From Octopus bimaculoides (lineage: Eukaryota), in NCBI RefSeq assembly GCF_001194135.2, contig NC_068984.1, positions 44,932,341 through 44,977,064 on the forward strand: a stretch of DNA of 44,724 nucleotides, written 5' to 3'. This document shows, in pieces, positions 12,228 through 25,429 of this stretch. The stretch's first letter is position 1. Each line of letters starts with the position of its first letter. The notes under the pieces are model-generated. The model had not been told where the DNA came from. It worked only from the letters and a program-made list of their open reading frames with translations, and did not search any database. The position numbers and the translations under genes are program-made.

Positions 12228-12441
12228 TGGCGAGCTGCCAGAATCGTTAGCACGTTTGGTAAAATACTTTACGGCTTTTCGTTTGTCTTTACATTCTGAT
12301 TTTAAATTCCGCCGAAGCTGGCGTTGCCTTTCATCGTTTCGAGGTCGATAAAATAAAGTGCTGGTCAAGTACTAGGGTCGATCTAATGGACTAAATCCCC
12401 CACTCCAAATTTCAGACTTTGCGCCTGTAGTAAAAACGATT
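12228..12441 (+). mobile_element. Family A SINE
   Basis: Colinear with 2052-2258; 11-bp TSD AATTATTCTGG at 12217-12227 and 12442-12452. Confidence 0.85.
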
Positions 12442-12494
12442 AATTATTCTGGCGAATATGAACTTATGGATACAACCTTCTTGAACTTAAAAAA

Positions 12495-13370
12495 TAGTAT
12501 TTGCCGCTATTCGTTAGTAATGTACTCTCCCGTACTTTTAGCCACTGCAGTAGAAACTGGACGCTGGAGAACATCCCGTTCGAACCAGGAATTACGTGGG
12601 CCGTGTCGATGTGTGCGGACGACATCACCGTAATGATGTTGAACAACACAGAGGTCGAAGTAATAGATCCAAGCTCGGCACCTGGAGGTGCTATCAGACA
12701 GTGTCGTAATGTGTTTTGCTGATGAAACAAGAAAGCTGCTTGAGTTTTGCTACGGTCGAAACCTTTATTTCAATTGGTGGCAAATGCAGACATCACCTTC
12801 ATTATACATTACCACCTGACCATCAGTCCTGAATTTCAAAATTAGTCTATCCAGATTGCACTTTCTCTTGTAGAAGGAAAAGGTTGAGTAAGGACAATGC
12901 ACAGACATGCAGTGAAGCCGCTGCATCTACAAAAATTCATGGAATAGGTGTGGTCAGTGGCATTTTCACAGATAATCTCTGATGAAAGTTTAATCCCGGG
13001 TCAAGCAAAGACGAAAACTTGCTGCTTGGTATATGAAATATTAACAAGCATTCAGTCCGCTATTAGCCGGGCTATGGGCCTGTGAAACTTCAAACATTAG
13101 CCTATTTATATAAAAAATTAGCGATGCTGAAAAGCAACGGCATTCTTTAGATAACTGTAGGGTCGACAAGATTAAACTGGCTAGTTTGTCCTGGATGACC
13201 TTCGGCCTTCGGACAATAGTTTTAGAAATCTCTGGCTTAGCCGAACTTAAGCCATAATAAATGGGATGAAGTTACACGAATATCACATGAACAAACATTG
13301 ATGATGATGTTGAATGTTAGCTTACCATCACATTTTCGGTACACGACGAGCAGGTGATGTGTGCCGAGGT
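12495..13370 (+). mobile_element. Degraded LINE RT/3' region, Tx1/L1-like
   Basis: AVSMCADDITVMMLNNTEVEVI (YADD variant) preceded by a PL...LEPLL-like segment; a downstream CxxC-like remnant (CVPRC) near 13340-13360. Right boundary approximate. Confidence 0.55.
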
Positions 13371-13703
13371 GTCACAGAGCATCGGTGATGTCAAGATTTC
13401 TTTTCATCCTTACAGGGTCGATAAAATAAAATAGCAGTGGAGTCGATATAACTGACTTCTTTTTTTTTGCAATTATTTGGCCTTTTGTCTATTAAGTAAT
13501 TATTATTAATATCTCTACATGTTCTTGTCAGTCTAAAGAATGACACGAGAGGGCACTTTCCCTTGTAGAGGATCTTGGATCTGCAGAATTCTATGATTAG
13601 CCTAGAGTGAAATTCTTTCTCTCTGAGAACTCTTTCACATTTGTATACTGAGTAAATATTTTCATCGAAGTCTTTTCTTCTATTTTTTTTTATTCACCCG
13701 ATT

Positions 13704-13912
13704 TTCGAAGGGATGCTGAAAAGTTCCTGGCCCTAAGGGTGTCGCGAAAGGCCTGGTTGGAGGCCCAAACTCCCGAGGGCTTAGAAAAGCTGAAGGACCG
13801 CAGGAATAAGTGTTTGACTCTAAGAGGGGAATATGTTGAGTCCATGTCATAGTTAGCTGATCCTCCTAGATATTCTTTTACTCAAAGCCGAGAACTTTCA
13901 GTACCCCTTGTA
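13704..13912 (+). mobile_element. mariner-derived MITE (about 210 bp), copy 1
   Basis: TIR cgaagggatgctgaaaagttcctgg / ccgagaactttcagtaccccttgta; internal GLEKLKDRRNKCLTLRGEYVE is a mariner transposase C-terminus. Copies at 33552 and 40107. Confidence 0.85.
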
Positions 13913-14177
13913 TATCTAAATCCCAGCGTGGTTTGCAAATTGTTACTGTAATGCCTTCTTTATCCCTCAGACTTGTGGCGACTAAATGAAATTATGGTGG
14001 AATCGTTACCAAGTTGGACAAAATCCTTAGCAGCATATCTTACGGCATTCTGAGTACAAATACCGCCGAGGTTGACTTTCCCATTCCTCTTTTTAGGGTC
14101 AATACAATAAGTATGAATATTAACTTACCACCCACCCGCCGCCAAAAAAAAAAAAGTTGGCCTTCTGCCAAACTTTG

Positions 14178-14330
<153 letters not shown>

Positions 14331-14696
14331 NNNNNNNNNNNNNNNNNNNNNNNNNNNNNNNNNNNNNNNNNNNNNNNNNNNNNNNNNNNNNNNNNNNNNN
14401 NNNNNNNNNNNNNNNNNNNNNNNNNNNNNNNNNNNNNNNNNNNNNNNNNNNNNNNNNNNNNNNNNNNNNNNNNNNNNNNNNNNNNNNNNNNNNNNNNNNN
14501 NNNNNNNNNNNNNNNNNNNNNNNNNNNNNNNNNNNNNNNNNNNNNNNNNNNNNNNNNNNNNNNNNNNNNNNNNNNNNNNNNNNNNNNNNNNNNNNNNNNN
14601 NNNNNNNNNNNNNNNNNNNNNNNNNNNNNNNNNNNNNNNNNNNNNNNNNNNNNNNNNNNNNNNNNNNNNNNNNNNAAAATATAATTATTATTATTA

Positions 14697-14783
14697 TTGA
14701 AAGCGGTGAGATGGTAGATTCGTTGGACGCCGGGCGACATGCTTAGCGGTATTTCGTCTGCTGCTGCGTACTGAGTAGAAAGG

Positions 14784-14787
<4 letters not shown>
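14697..14787 (+). mobile_element. Family A SINE with large internal deletion
   Basis: Head gcggtgagatggtagattcgttggacgccgggcgacatgcttagcggtatttcgtctg...ctgagt is joined directly to the tail agaaaggattatt. Confidence 0.7.
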
Positions 14788-14837
<50 letters not shown>

Positions 14838-14839
<2 letters not shown>

Positions 14840-15389
14840 GTGAGAGAGCAGTGCATGCCATCAAAGTGACACTGGGGTAAAATATACGAAGCCCAATATA
14901 CTCGTCATGACTACTCGTCAGATAAGGGTATACCAGGCACATATATCACAACCATGTATGCGCGACATGGTGATCTTATATCAGGATAAACAGCGCATGA
15001 CCTTGCAGGTGGGGCCCAGTTAGAATTTTCTTCAGGCTGAGTAGTCCATCCTGCTCAAAACGACTCTGAATAAGGTTTGTTTAAAGATGAACAAAACACC
15101 CATGTTTCCAGAGATGAACTATTCAAATCCCAAAGAATTCCTCTCAACACATGGCTATCATGCTCCCCCACTACTTCTGCTCGCGATCAGTGATGCACAT
15201 ATTGTCAACCACCAAGGGACATGCTCAACTGATTAAAGTGAAACAAATGACAAGCAAATCTGTGGTATTGAGCAGAATATTAGCTGTAGCCCATCTTTTA
15301 TACCAAGACAAAACAATATACATGATAACACTTCCAATCAATTAAGATCAAAAGCCATGAGAATCACAGCCTGGTACTGCATCAGGGTA
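14838..15389 (-). mobile_element. Unclassified about 550-bp interspersed repeat ending in (AAT)n
   Basis: Complex, non-coding, higher-GC block between two trinucleotide arrays; the minus strand ends ...gcactgctctctcactt(aat)n. I recall it as a high-copy octopus repeat, but only one copy is present here. Confidence 0.4.
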
Positions 15390-15390
15390 G

Positions 15391-15640
<250 letters not shown>

Positions 15641-16588
15641 CCCTAAATCAGCTCTGATTGAAATCCCCCCCCCCCACCACCACCACACGTTATTATAGCT
15701 GCAGTTGTCATTGCTGCCGTTGCAGATACATTTGTAAGAATGCGTTGCGTGAGAAAGCGGTAGAAATAACTTCGGTGCATTAACGGTATAATTAGGGCGT
15801 CATGGCTGCACTTTACATCAACCATACAAGGTGCAACTGGCAACAGCGCTTTGTTTCAATAGTCAATCGATCGTAGTGCATCTTTTTGGCATCGATACGT
15901 GGGCGGTTGGCTGACTCATGCTAAGCTATGCGCTCATATTTAGACAGGTGTATGCCTGCGTATATCTGTGTTTGTGTGTAAGGCTTCAATTGAGATATAC
16001 AGTCATACTGAGGTTCTCTTACACACGCGCATACACACACATACGTTACTTGTGAGTCCATGTGTACACGCCTGCGTATTTGTATGTATGCCGGTGTTCC
16101 TATGTAGGTGAGCGCATGTGTGTGCATACGGATGTGTGTTTCTGCGCGTGTATGTGCTAATTTAAGGTGTGAACGGTTGTGTGTAGATGGTGGTGGTGGT
16201 GGTGGTGTGTGTGTGTGTGTGTGTGCATCTCATTGTGCGTTAGTGAGTATGTGCATGTTTGATTGAATGTATGTATATAAATCCATGCTCGTGTGTATGC
16301 ATCTGTATGAGTGTTTGTATATGAATATATCTATGTGCATCAGCACTCGTATGTGTATTTATATGAGCAGATATTTGGGAGTATATATAATTGTATTTGT
16401 ATGTATGCATGTGTGTTGGTATAAAGGCATGTATGTGTGTATGAATATATGAATGTGTGCTTGTGTATACGTGTATGTATATGTTTATGGGCATCATTTT
16501 GCTTACGAATGTTTGTGTGTATATGGGCATGTGTATACACAAACATGTGTTAGTGAACGTGTGTGTGTGTGTGCATATACATTCATAC

Positions 16589-16621
<33 letters not shown>

Positions 16622-17117
16622 NNNNNNNNNNNNNNNNNNNNNNNNNNNNNNNNNNNNNNNNNNNNNNNNNNNNNNNNNNNNNNNNNNNNNNNNNNNNNNN
16701 NNNNNNNNNNNNNNNNNNNNNNNNNNNNNNNNNNNNNNNNNNNNNNNNNNNNNNNNNNNNNNNNNNNNNNNNNNNNNNNNNNNNNNNNNNNNNNNNNNNN
16801 NNNNNNNNNNNNNNNNNNNNNNNNNNNNNNNNNNNNNNNNNNNNNNNNNNNNNNNNNNNNNNNNNNNNNNNNNNNNNNNNNNNNNNNNNNNNNNNNNNNN
16901 NNNNNNNNNNNNNNNNNNNNNNNNNNNNNNNNNNNNNNNNNNNNNNNNNNNNNNNNNNNNNNNNNNNNNNNNNNNNNNNNNNNNNNNNNNNNNNNNNNNN
17001 NNNNNNNNNNNNNNNNNNNNNNNNNNNNNNNNNNNNNNNNNNNNNNNNNNNNNNNNNNNNNNNNNNNNNNNNNNNNNNNNNNNNNNNNNNNNNNNNNNNN
17101 NNNNNNNNNNNNNNNNN

Positions 17118-17211
<94 letters not shown>

Positions 17212-17853
17212 TGAGTTTTGTGTGAATGACTTTGTATGCATGTATGAGAGTCAGAGGGAGAGAGAAGTTGGACTGAAATGAAATGGACATGCGTTCAAAT
17301 CCAGTGGAATATGCCATTCTGTCTCCGAAAAAGGCAGTTCTATTTCTCTCAGTTGGTGTTATTCGCTCTGAAGAACTATATGATCGAATACAATCCATCC
17401 GTAGACACCTCGTCTCTAGCAATGTCGAAAGGGTGCAAGAGATCTCGGAGAGACGCAAACGAAAGAAAGAAAAAATGACCAGATAGCCAATGATGGAAGC
17501 ATCTAATCAGAGAATGTGAAACACACGAACTTCTTCATTGGACACTTCATATCTATGTATGCTGTAAATATTTGGACTTGCATAAGCGAGTGTGTGTTTT
17601 CGGATGTGGTCAAGAGATTATATGAGAGTGCGTGACTCTGTGTGTGTGTGCGTGTGTGTGTGTGTGTGCATGTGCATGTGTGTGTGTGCATGTGTGTGTG
17701 TGTACGTTTCCATGTATGAATCTATGAATCTCTGCGCACGGACGTCTGTCAGCATGCGTATATGTACTTTTATATTAACGACCGAATCAAACATCGCCTA
17801 GAATAATTATATATATATGCTCGTGTGTGCATCAATACGCGTACAAACTGTAC

Positions 17854-17884
<31 letters not shown>

Positions 17885-18176
17885 CGAGTAAAAATAAATA
17901 CAAAAAAGGTGGGGGTTTTTTGTATGATTGTGTATAGAGGAATATATTATTTTGCTTAAAAGAGTTCCAACACTGTCTGATTTTTATGTTTTATTTATAT
18001 TCCTGCAGAACTAATGTGGGGTATAGAATGTGGAATATACAATATACAATATAAAATAAAATAAAATAAAAATGGATGGCACCATGAAAGAAAGTATTGA
18101 ATGTAGATGAAATATTGAGTGTTCAATATAAAGGATCAAATATATAAATATATAAATATAAATATATATATATAAA

Positions 18177-18216
18177 GGCGACTCGAGTTTCAGGGCTATT
18201 TCCCTTCGTCATGGCC
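18177..18216 (-). ncRNA. Minimal hammerhead-like fold with one core insertion
   Basis: Minus strand: GGC-C[A]UGACGA-AGGG aaauag CCCU-GAAA-CUCGAG-UC-GCC. Stem I GGC/GCC, 4-bp stem II, palindromic stem III ACUCGAGU and canonical GUC triplet (C at 18180). Confidence 0.55.
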
Positions 18217-18336
18217 GGTATGACAGACTTTAACAGACGTGTGTGTGTATTATATATATGTGTATGTGTGTGTACGCATATATACAAATGCACATACGTA
18301 TATGCATATATATATATATATATACATGCATATGCG

Positions 18337-18371
<35 letters not shown>

Positions 18372-18553
18372 TCACCAATATATATCTCTCTGCGTGCGTG
18401 TGTATGTACCTCACCCCTCCTCTCTCTCTCTCTTTATATACATACACAGGCACACATACACACGCACACACACAATCACACACACGCACAACACACACAT
18501 GCACACACACAGTTGTGTGTGTGCATGTGTGTGTGCATGTGTGTGTGTGTGCA

Positions 18554-18590
<37 letters not shown>

Positions 18591-19206
18591 ATGTGTGTAT
18601 GTGTGTTTACATGTCTGTACAAGTTCGTTCCCACGTAACCTCCCCATAGATATTAGTCACGAGACTCAATTGATATGCCACGTAGGACTTCAGTGCACGT
18701 GCACCGTTTAACGTACGTGAGCCGGTGTTAACGAACATTTGTGTGTAAGTGTATATTTTCATAAGCATATATGCGTCAGAATGTATGTATCCTTGTATGT
18801 GTAATTTATTCGTGATTATCTGCCTGTGTGTTTCATATGTCATTGTCCGGTTGCGTATTTTGGCATGTGTTTGTATCGAACCACATAGATTAATGGGAAT
18901 CTGTATGTCTGAGTTACTCATTGCGTAGGTTAGTTACTATGAGTAGCTGCATTTAGTAGGTACGTATGTACATAATGGTATCCCCGTTTGTCTCTGGATT
19001 ACTGCCTATTAGTAATTTTTATGTATGTACGTATATGTATGTATGTGTATGCTCATAACTATATATATGCATATCTGTATATATCTACATATGTATGTAT
19101 GTATATATGTATACACGTGTGTGTGCGTATGAATGTATATATATATGTATGAAATATATATATATATATATATATACTTATATTCCTTATACCATTCATA
19201 TTACAG

Positions 19207-19292
19207 TATTATATCGAGCCTAATTGCACCACGTCCAGAACTACTTACACAATCTTTTTACTCAGGGACTAGTAGACACCGTTTGGAAATTG
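19207..19292 (+). CDS. Weak candidate coding exon (IISSLIAPRPELLTQSFYSGTSRHRLEI)
   Basis: Acceptor ccattcatattacag| and donor G|gtacgc; one open frame, phase 2 to phase 1. Product not recognised. Confidence 0.2.
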
Positions 19293-20069
19293 GTACGCAT
19301 TCAAAGCCAGTGAACAGCAATGACGACACCGGTTTGACTTTGAATCTCTTTAACAATTCAAAATAATGAATTTAATTCCTCTTAATTCTACCTCAGTTCA
19401 TCTAATTGTATTTATTTATCGCTACTTTTCATTAAAAAAAGCCTTTATTATTTTGATATTCAAACGCAAAGTAAGTAAGCAAGTAAATAAAATTCTCGAT
19501 AAGCTGAAATTTACCTTCTAGTTGATAAAAGAAAGTGAAAACGTAGCAGCAATTGTTAGCAACGCACGAAAGAAAAGGGGGAAATAACTCCAGGAAATTA
19601 GGAGTTAATTTTACAAAACTTTACTGGTAACTGGAGAGTAAAATTTGATCCATGATTTTGTTCTTGTTGTTGATAGTGGTGATAGTGAAAGTAGCGGTAT
19701 AGTAGTGGTGGTGGTGTCGTGTTGGCTGTGTTGTAGCTGTGTTGTTGCTACAGTGGTGTTCTGATGGTTAGGTATTGCAGATGTTCTAACTTTGATCCTA
19801 TGAAGCTACGATGCGAGGCGTTCCTACATCGATTTTTCCAGTGATTTTGTATTCAGCGATGATGTAACTTAGATACGATTATCCGAATTGTACTTCCTTT
19901 TTTTTTTTTATAAGTTGTTTGGGTGTGATTTAGTGGATGGGGAGTCTTAGCTGCTTTAGGCATTATATATCTGTATATCTTCGTAACTATTTGGTGTAGA
20001 CATTTGCAGCGATTATGTATAAGTATGTCTGATTTGCATTGCACCTGTCTTGATAGATATTTACATCAT

Positions 20070-20418
20070 TTCTGTGTTGTGCTTGTATTACTTTTTGCTT
20101 CCCAACCACATGGTTCCTGATTCAGTCCCACTGCACGGCACCTGGGAAAGTATCTTCTACTATAGCCCCTAGCCGACCGAAGCCTTGTGAGTGAATTTGG
20201 TAGACGGTAACTGAAAGAAGCCTGTCGTATATATATACATATATTTGTATGTATATATATATACAAATATATACGTCGTATATATANNNNNNNNNNTCCC
20301 ACTGCACGGCACCTGGGAAAGTATCTTCTACTATAGCCCCTAGCCGACCGAAGCCTTGTGAGTGAATTTGGTAGACGGTAACTGAAAGAAGCCTGTCGTA
20401 TATATATACATATATATA
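20070..20418 (+). mobile_element. Family B SINE 5' half, present twice across a 10-N gap
   Basis: gcttcccaaccacatggttcctgattcagtcccactgcacggcacc...gaaagaagcctgtcgtatata; 20126-20245 is identical to the sequence starting at 20297. Confidence 0.85.
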
Positions 20419-20590
20419 AAGCAGGTGTACACGAAGTACGATCATTGTTAGAAATAGCAGCACGCACACATCTCTACCTGGAAATATTTAGTGAAGCTCT
20501 ACATAGCGCCGATAACTTACCGGCTGCTATTTCTAGCAACGATAGTACTTCGTGTACACCTGCTGTATATATTTATAATTACATATGTGC

Positions 20591-20623
<33 letters not shown>

Positions 20624-21145
20624 CATATATGGATACAAGACGTCACCGACTGTGCAAACAACACGAGATACGTAAAAACAGGACAAGTAGACACAAAGAA
20701 AGGACTCTTCATCAGTTGTCAGCTGTTTATCTACTCCTCATTTCGGGCATTCGACGACAATATGAATCTTCAACGACAGTTGCTCCCATCAATTCTAAAA
20801 TAAAATTTGGGATTTATGGAGGGTCAAAGTTGGGATCCTTCACTAATTCCCTTTTCGTCCCTTCCCTATTTCACCATTTTCTATCTGTCTGTCTGTTTCT
20901 CTCCCCACTTTCTCTTTTCTCTCTGTCATTGCTCACACGTGACCATTGTCCATCTTTCTTTTGCTCACGTGTCCATCTTTCTTTGCTTGCACGGACGTTC
21001 AAAAGACTGGATGTTTTTTTCTCTCTCTTCTATCTTTTCTATTTTCAGACAGAATATTTCTCCCGGCGTTCATTATTTTCCTCTCGTTCTGGTCTAACGA
21101 CGCTCCATGTTTGTTTTCGTTCGGTTTCCTAGTATCTCTCCACTG

Positions 21146-21250
21146 TCCTGTTTTTGCTCAAGAACACAACGCACTTCTGGTCTGGGAATCGAATCCATGA
21201 TCCTGCGATTGTTGCTGCAACATCCCAACCACTCCGCTACGCGCCTTCAC
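21146..21250 (-). mobile_element. tRNA-headed (CORE-like) SINE head
   Basis: Reverse complement gtgaaggcgcgtagcggagtggttggg...ggattcgattcccagaccagaagtgcgttgtgttcttgagcaaaaaca. Confidence 0.7.
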
Positions 21251-21636
21251 ACATTATTGGATAGTCGTTGGCTCTCTTCAATTCCCCCACGTTTTGGTGT
21301 GTTTTGTTTTATGTTACGCAAGATTTTCAATAAATCCACCTCCTTAGCAAGCAAGCTTGGTGGGATCACGGGTTTATTTGCTAATGACCACGCGACAGGT
21401 TGTACTGAGTTACATATTACAAGTAGCGCTTGAGAGAGACCTGACACGTCATTGACAAGCTTCATGAAGGCTCAAATGAACCTAGCGCACTTACTAACCG
21501 CTGCTGGAAAACTTTTTAGTCTCACTCCGGTATATAATGCGTTTTTAACACATACTGTTATAAGAGATTTCATCTAGAACGAAAACCACTGTATCTTACC
21601 TTCTAACTGGGTATATACTTTCAATATGATACATAC

Positions 21637-22494
21637 TGTTACGAATGCCCGCACGCGAAGCACCTCGACGAAGAGAGAACTCGCGCGCGCGCGAACGTCG
21701 ACGCTCAGTGAGTCAGGATGTTCGCCACGACTAAGCCCCGGCCGGAGCACGCAACGAAGACAACAGGCAAAAGGAGGAGGAAGAAATAACACGGAGACCA
21801 TACGTTGGGTAGTGAAACTAACTTTTTTCTTCTTTTTAGCAAACAAAACATTACATCATCAATACATGGCATAACAATTCAAATAACGTTTAACAAAGGT
21901 TTCAGAACATTGCATAATCAAAATTTACAATCGAGAGTTCGTACATCAAGTCTATTAAAAGTTCTTTTACTTTGTTTTCTTTTCAGTTACACAACATGTA
22001 ACAAAGTTCTTTCTTTTTCTTTTCCACCCGTAAACATCACAGTTAACGAAATCGCTTTTTCTTTATACATCATAACATGTAACGACAAGTACACTTTTAA
22101 AGAATATTTAAGCAAACCTTTACTGCACGGATTTCCTTTCTTGCAAAACTCTCACTATAAACCACAAGAAGTGACCAACTGACTACTACGATCTTTTGGC
22201 TGCCACATAGTCCCATCTCTCTGTCCTTCTCTCTCATTGCTTCAGTCCCTATCGGCTGACTGGTTCCTTTCTGACCATAGGCTCTCTCTTTCTCAGCCTC
22301 TGTCTGTCAGTCTCTCTGTTCATCTTGGTTGGCTGCTAGCCTTCACACCGGCTCGCGTTCTTCATCCAACTCTCAGGCCAACTGCCTTCGCCAACTGCTT
22401 GATCCCAACTCCTCATACCAACTGCTTGATGCCCACACCTCTGGCCAACCGTTCGCGCCAATTCTTTGTTTATCACAAATACCGTAGCTTTACA
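21637..22494 (-). mobile_element. Probable solo LTR of an LTR retrotransposon
   Basis: About 860-bp CpG-rich non-coding block bounded by TGT...ACA (minus: TGTAAAGC...CGTAACA), with internal short tandem repeats (ccaactgcttgat) and a G-rich tract just upstream on the minus strand. Flanks ATAC/GTGC form only an imperfect TSD. Confidence 0.5.
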
Positions 22495-23082
22495 GTGCTA
22501 CCTTACCCCCGCCCAAAGCTGGGTCAGTCCAGTACAATTCCTCACTTGTTTTTTTAAACTTTTGGTGACCGGAAAGGATCACCGATCACTCCTACGCTAA
22601 AAATAGCTGTACTTATTCACAAGACAAAGGAAATACCATTATCCTCAACAACTAGAATACGGTTTCAAAACCCAGCTCGGGAGATAGGGATATGACATTA
22701 ATTTGTATTTTCGGTGGTCGCATCAATACATTGCTATTTTAGCTTAATTGCGTCCAACGAATTTTATTTAGCCTGGCATTTTTTCGCAATATCACTGAAT
22801 GTATTTTTAACACAACACGTCTATAAAGGATTTTTATCTCAGATATAAATCATAGCAGTATGTCAACGGTGTGCATATGTATGTGTGTATGTGTACGTAT
22901 GTATGTATATATATGTATATATATTATATATTATATATGTATATATTATATATGTATATATTATATGCATATATATATGTACATGCATATATCTATATAT
23001 AGAATAGATATACATATATGCATACGTATATATATAGATGAAAAGTGGTTAGAAGCCCATAGTATATATGTATATATAAGTG

Positions 23083-23449
23083 CTCAACTGGTACTCATTT
23101 CATCAACCCTGAACAGATGAAAGGCAAAATTTGACTCCACTGGATTTTGAACCCAGGACATACAGACGGACGCAATGCCGCTAAGCATTTTGCCCTTCAT
23201 GCTAACGATTCTGCCAGCTCACCATCTTAACGATAATAACAATATTGGCACCAGACCAGCGATTTTGGGGTATGAGGCAAGTCGATTACATTGATCCCAC
23301 TATTTAGCTTGTACCCATTTTATTGACCCCGAAAGGATGAAAGGCAAAGTCGACCCCAGTGGAATTTGAACTCAGGAGGGGGAAACGAACGAAATACTGC
23401 TATACATTTTACCCAGCGTGCTAACGACTCTGTCAGCTTGCCGCCTTCA
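23083..23449 (-). mobile_element. Two head-to-tail family A SINE copies
   Basis: 23083-23230 and about 23245-23449 are each the reverse complement of family A (gaaaggatgaaaggcaaagtcgac; gctaacgattctgccagctc). Confidence 0.8.
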
Positions 23450-23843
23450 AATTGCACCATAATATACAACCAAAATAACATGGAATAATGTGCTAGAAGG
23501 TTACATTAGTGGATGGGTCTGCGGAGTAACCGGAAGTGAAAAGAGACCAAAAAGTGTATAATGATTTATAAAGATGGTTGCAAATCTTTACAGCGGTTTT
23601 TATCTCGCCAAAAGCAAAAAACGATATTATGAGTTAAGGTGGTACATACCGGCTTAAATGTATGATTATTGAATGTTTTTCTTTTTCCCTCCTGATCCCA
23701 AAAAAGCACATGTTTATCATGCATATCGCATTTTAATACTAATCAGCTATTTCTGCTTATACCTTATCCATTAGCAAATCATCTCATTTTATTGCTCCAT
23801 CGTTTCAATGTAGCTTATATCATATAGTTTTTATTTTGTGTGC

Positions 23844-23912
<69 letters not shown>

Positions 23913-24051
23913 NNNNNNNNNNACGGAAACTCTCAGAAACTCTCAAGGAATTACTAAATCCCTTTGAAATGTAAACTGATAGATGCTTTTGAAATAACAA
24001 AATTAACGTCCGCGTTCGCGCGCGCATATGGTTGCTCGCACACGCACGTGC

Positions 24052-24130
<79 letters not shown>

Positions 24131-24289
24131 TACATGCACACATATTTCACACGCACATATATGTGCGTGTGAAATTTGTAAAAGGAAAGAGAAGTATTTG
24201 CTGTGTATAGAGAGGAAGCTGTTAAGGAACGTATACTGCAGAAGTTGTTCTCAGAAATATTTCTGAGAAATAAGTGCTCGAGAAATATT

Positions 24290-25251
24290 TCCCTTCAAAT
24301 ACACCTCGCTCTGACCGGGTAACTGAGATCAAGACAAAGTGAAAGAATTAATCGAGACCAAACCCCGTTAAGCGACCAAGATGATCGCAGATATTCACCA
24401 AGTATCCAAATCGAATGTTGAACGCCATCAGCATCAACATGGTTACGCCATCAGCATCAACTTGGTTACGCCAGCCAGCACGATGTTTGGGTCCTATATC
24501 AATTGAATGAGGAGAACATGGCCCAACAGAAATCTACCTGCGGTTCGTTGCAGGTGCGTAAAGAAAACGATTTTTTTCTTGAACTGAATGATGACAGGTA
24601 GAGAAAAATGGATTGTCTACAACAATATGACGTGAAAATGATATAAGAAACACAGCGGATCAACACAAGCAACTTTCAGAGCAGGATTTCATTCAAAGAA
24701 AGTTATGTTTGCCATTTGGTGGATTGAAAGGGCGTTGTCCTTTTACGAGCTCCGTGCCTCAAACAGAACCATGAATTTGGTTGTGTACTGTGACCAGCCA
24801 GACAAATAAAGCGTAGCGATTCACAGGAAGCTTCCAGAACTTGCTAATCGTAATGGTGTTGTCTTTCATCACGTCAAAGCCAGTCCACACACTTCTTTGT
24901 AGACGCTGCAAACGCTACTGGGGCTTGGATGGGAAGTTTTCTTTTTCTTTCCACATTTTTCCGACATCGTTGTCTTCAGATTTCCACCTGTTACGGTGTT
25001 TTCAAACTTCATTGAATGGACAGATCTTCAGCTCGCAAGAGGATGTACAAGTTCACCTAGAAGTGTACAAGTTCGCCTGTAACGAGAGGAAATTCTTTGA
25101 GCAAGGAATAATGGATCTGCTCACAAGATGACAGAAGAGACTGGAACTAAACAACAGATATATCACTGATTGAATAAATCACTCTATGTTTAAAGCTTAT
25201 GCCTTATTTTTCCCTTTGAAAAGTGGACGAACTATTTGGCCAACCGAATAT
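24290..25251 (+). mobile_element. mariner transposon, degraded, catalytic domain and 3' TIR
   Basis: Motifs KKVMFAIWW, ELANRNGVVFHH, PTSLSSDFHLLRCFQTSLNGQIFSSQEDV (cf. YSPDLAPSDYHLF) and FFEQGIMDLLTR*QKRLELNNRYITD*; terminus aaaagtggacgaactatttggccaaccgaata. Confidence 0.9.
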
Positions 25252-25363
25252 ATATTTGTGTACGTATATATATATGTATGTGTGTGTGTTTATGCGAGTT
25301 TATGTGTGTGTAAGTATGTGTGTGTGTGTGCGTGCGTGTGTGAGTATGTGTGTGTGTGTGTGA

Positions 25364-25429
<66 letters not shown>

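Noticed and set aside
12720-13030. CTGATGA...GAAA pairs at about 12720-12772 and 12979-13007
   Set aside because: No convincing stems I and III; they lie within a decayed LINE.
20126-20418. Apparent tandem duplication of a SINE segment
   Set aside because: Identical sequence on both sides of a 10-N gap; most likely overlapping contig ends.
20674-21155. 12-bp inverted repeat (aaaaacaggaca) suggesting an internally inverted element
   Set aside because: Too short to support from this window alone; no TSD found.
24421-24475. 23-bp tandem duplication
   Set aside because: Local slippage inside the decayed mariner; not a CRISPR or functional array.
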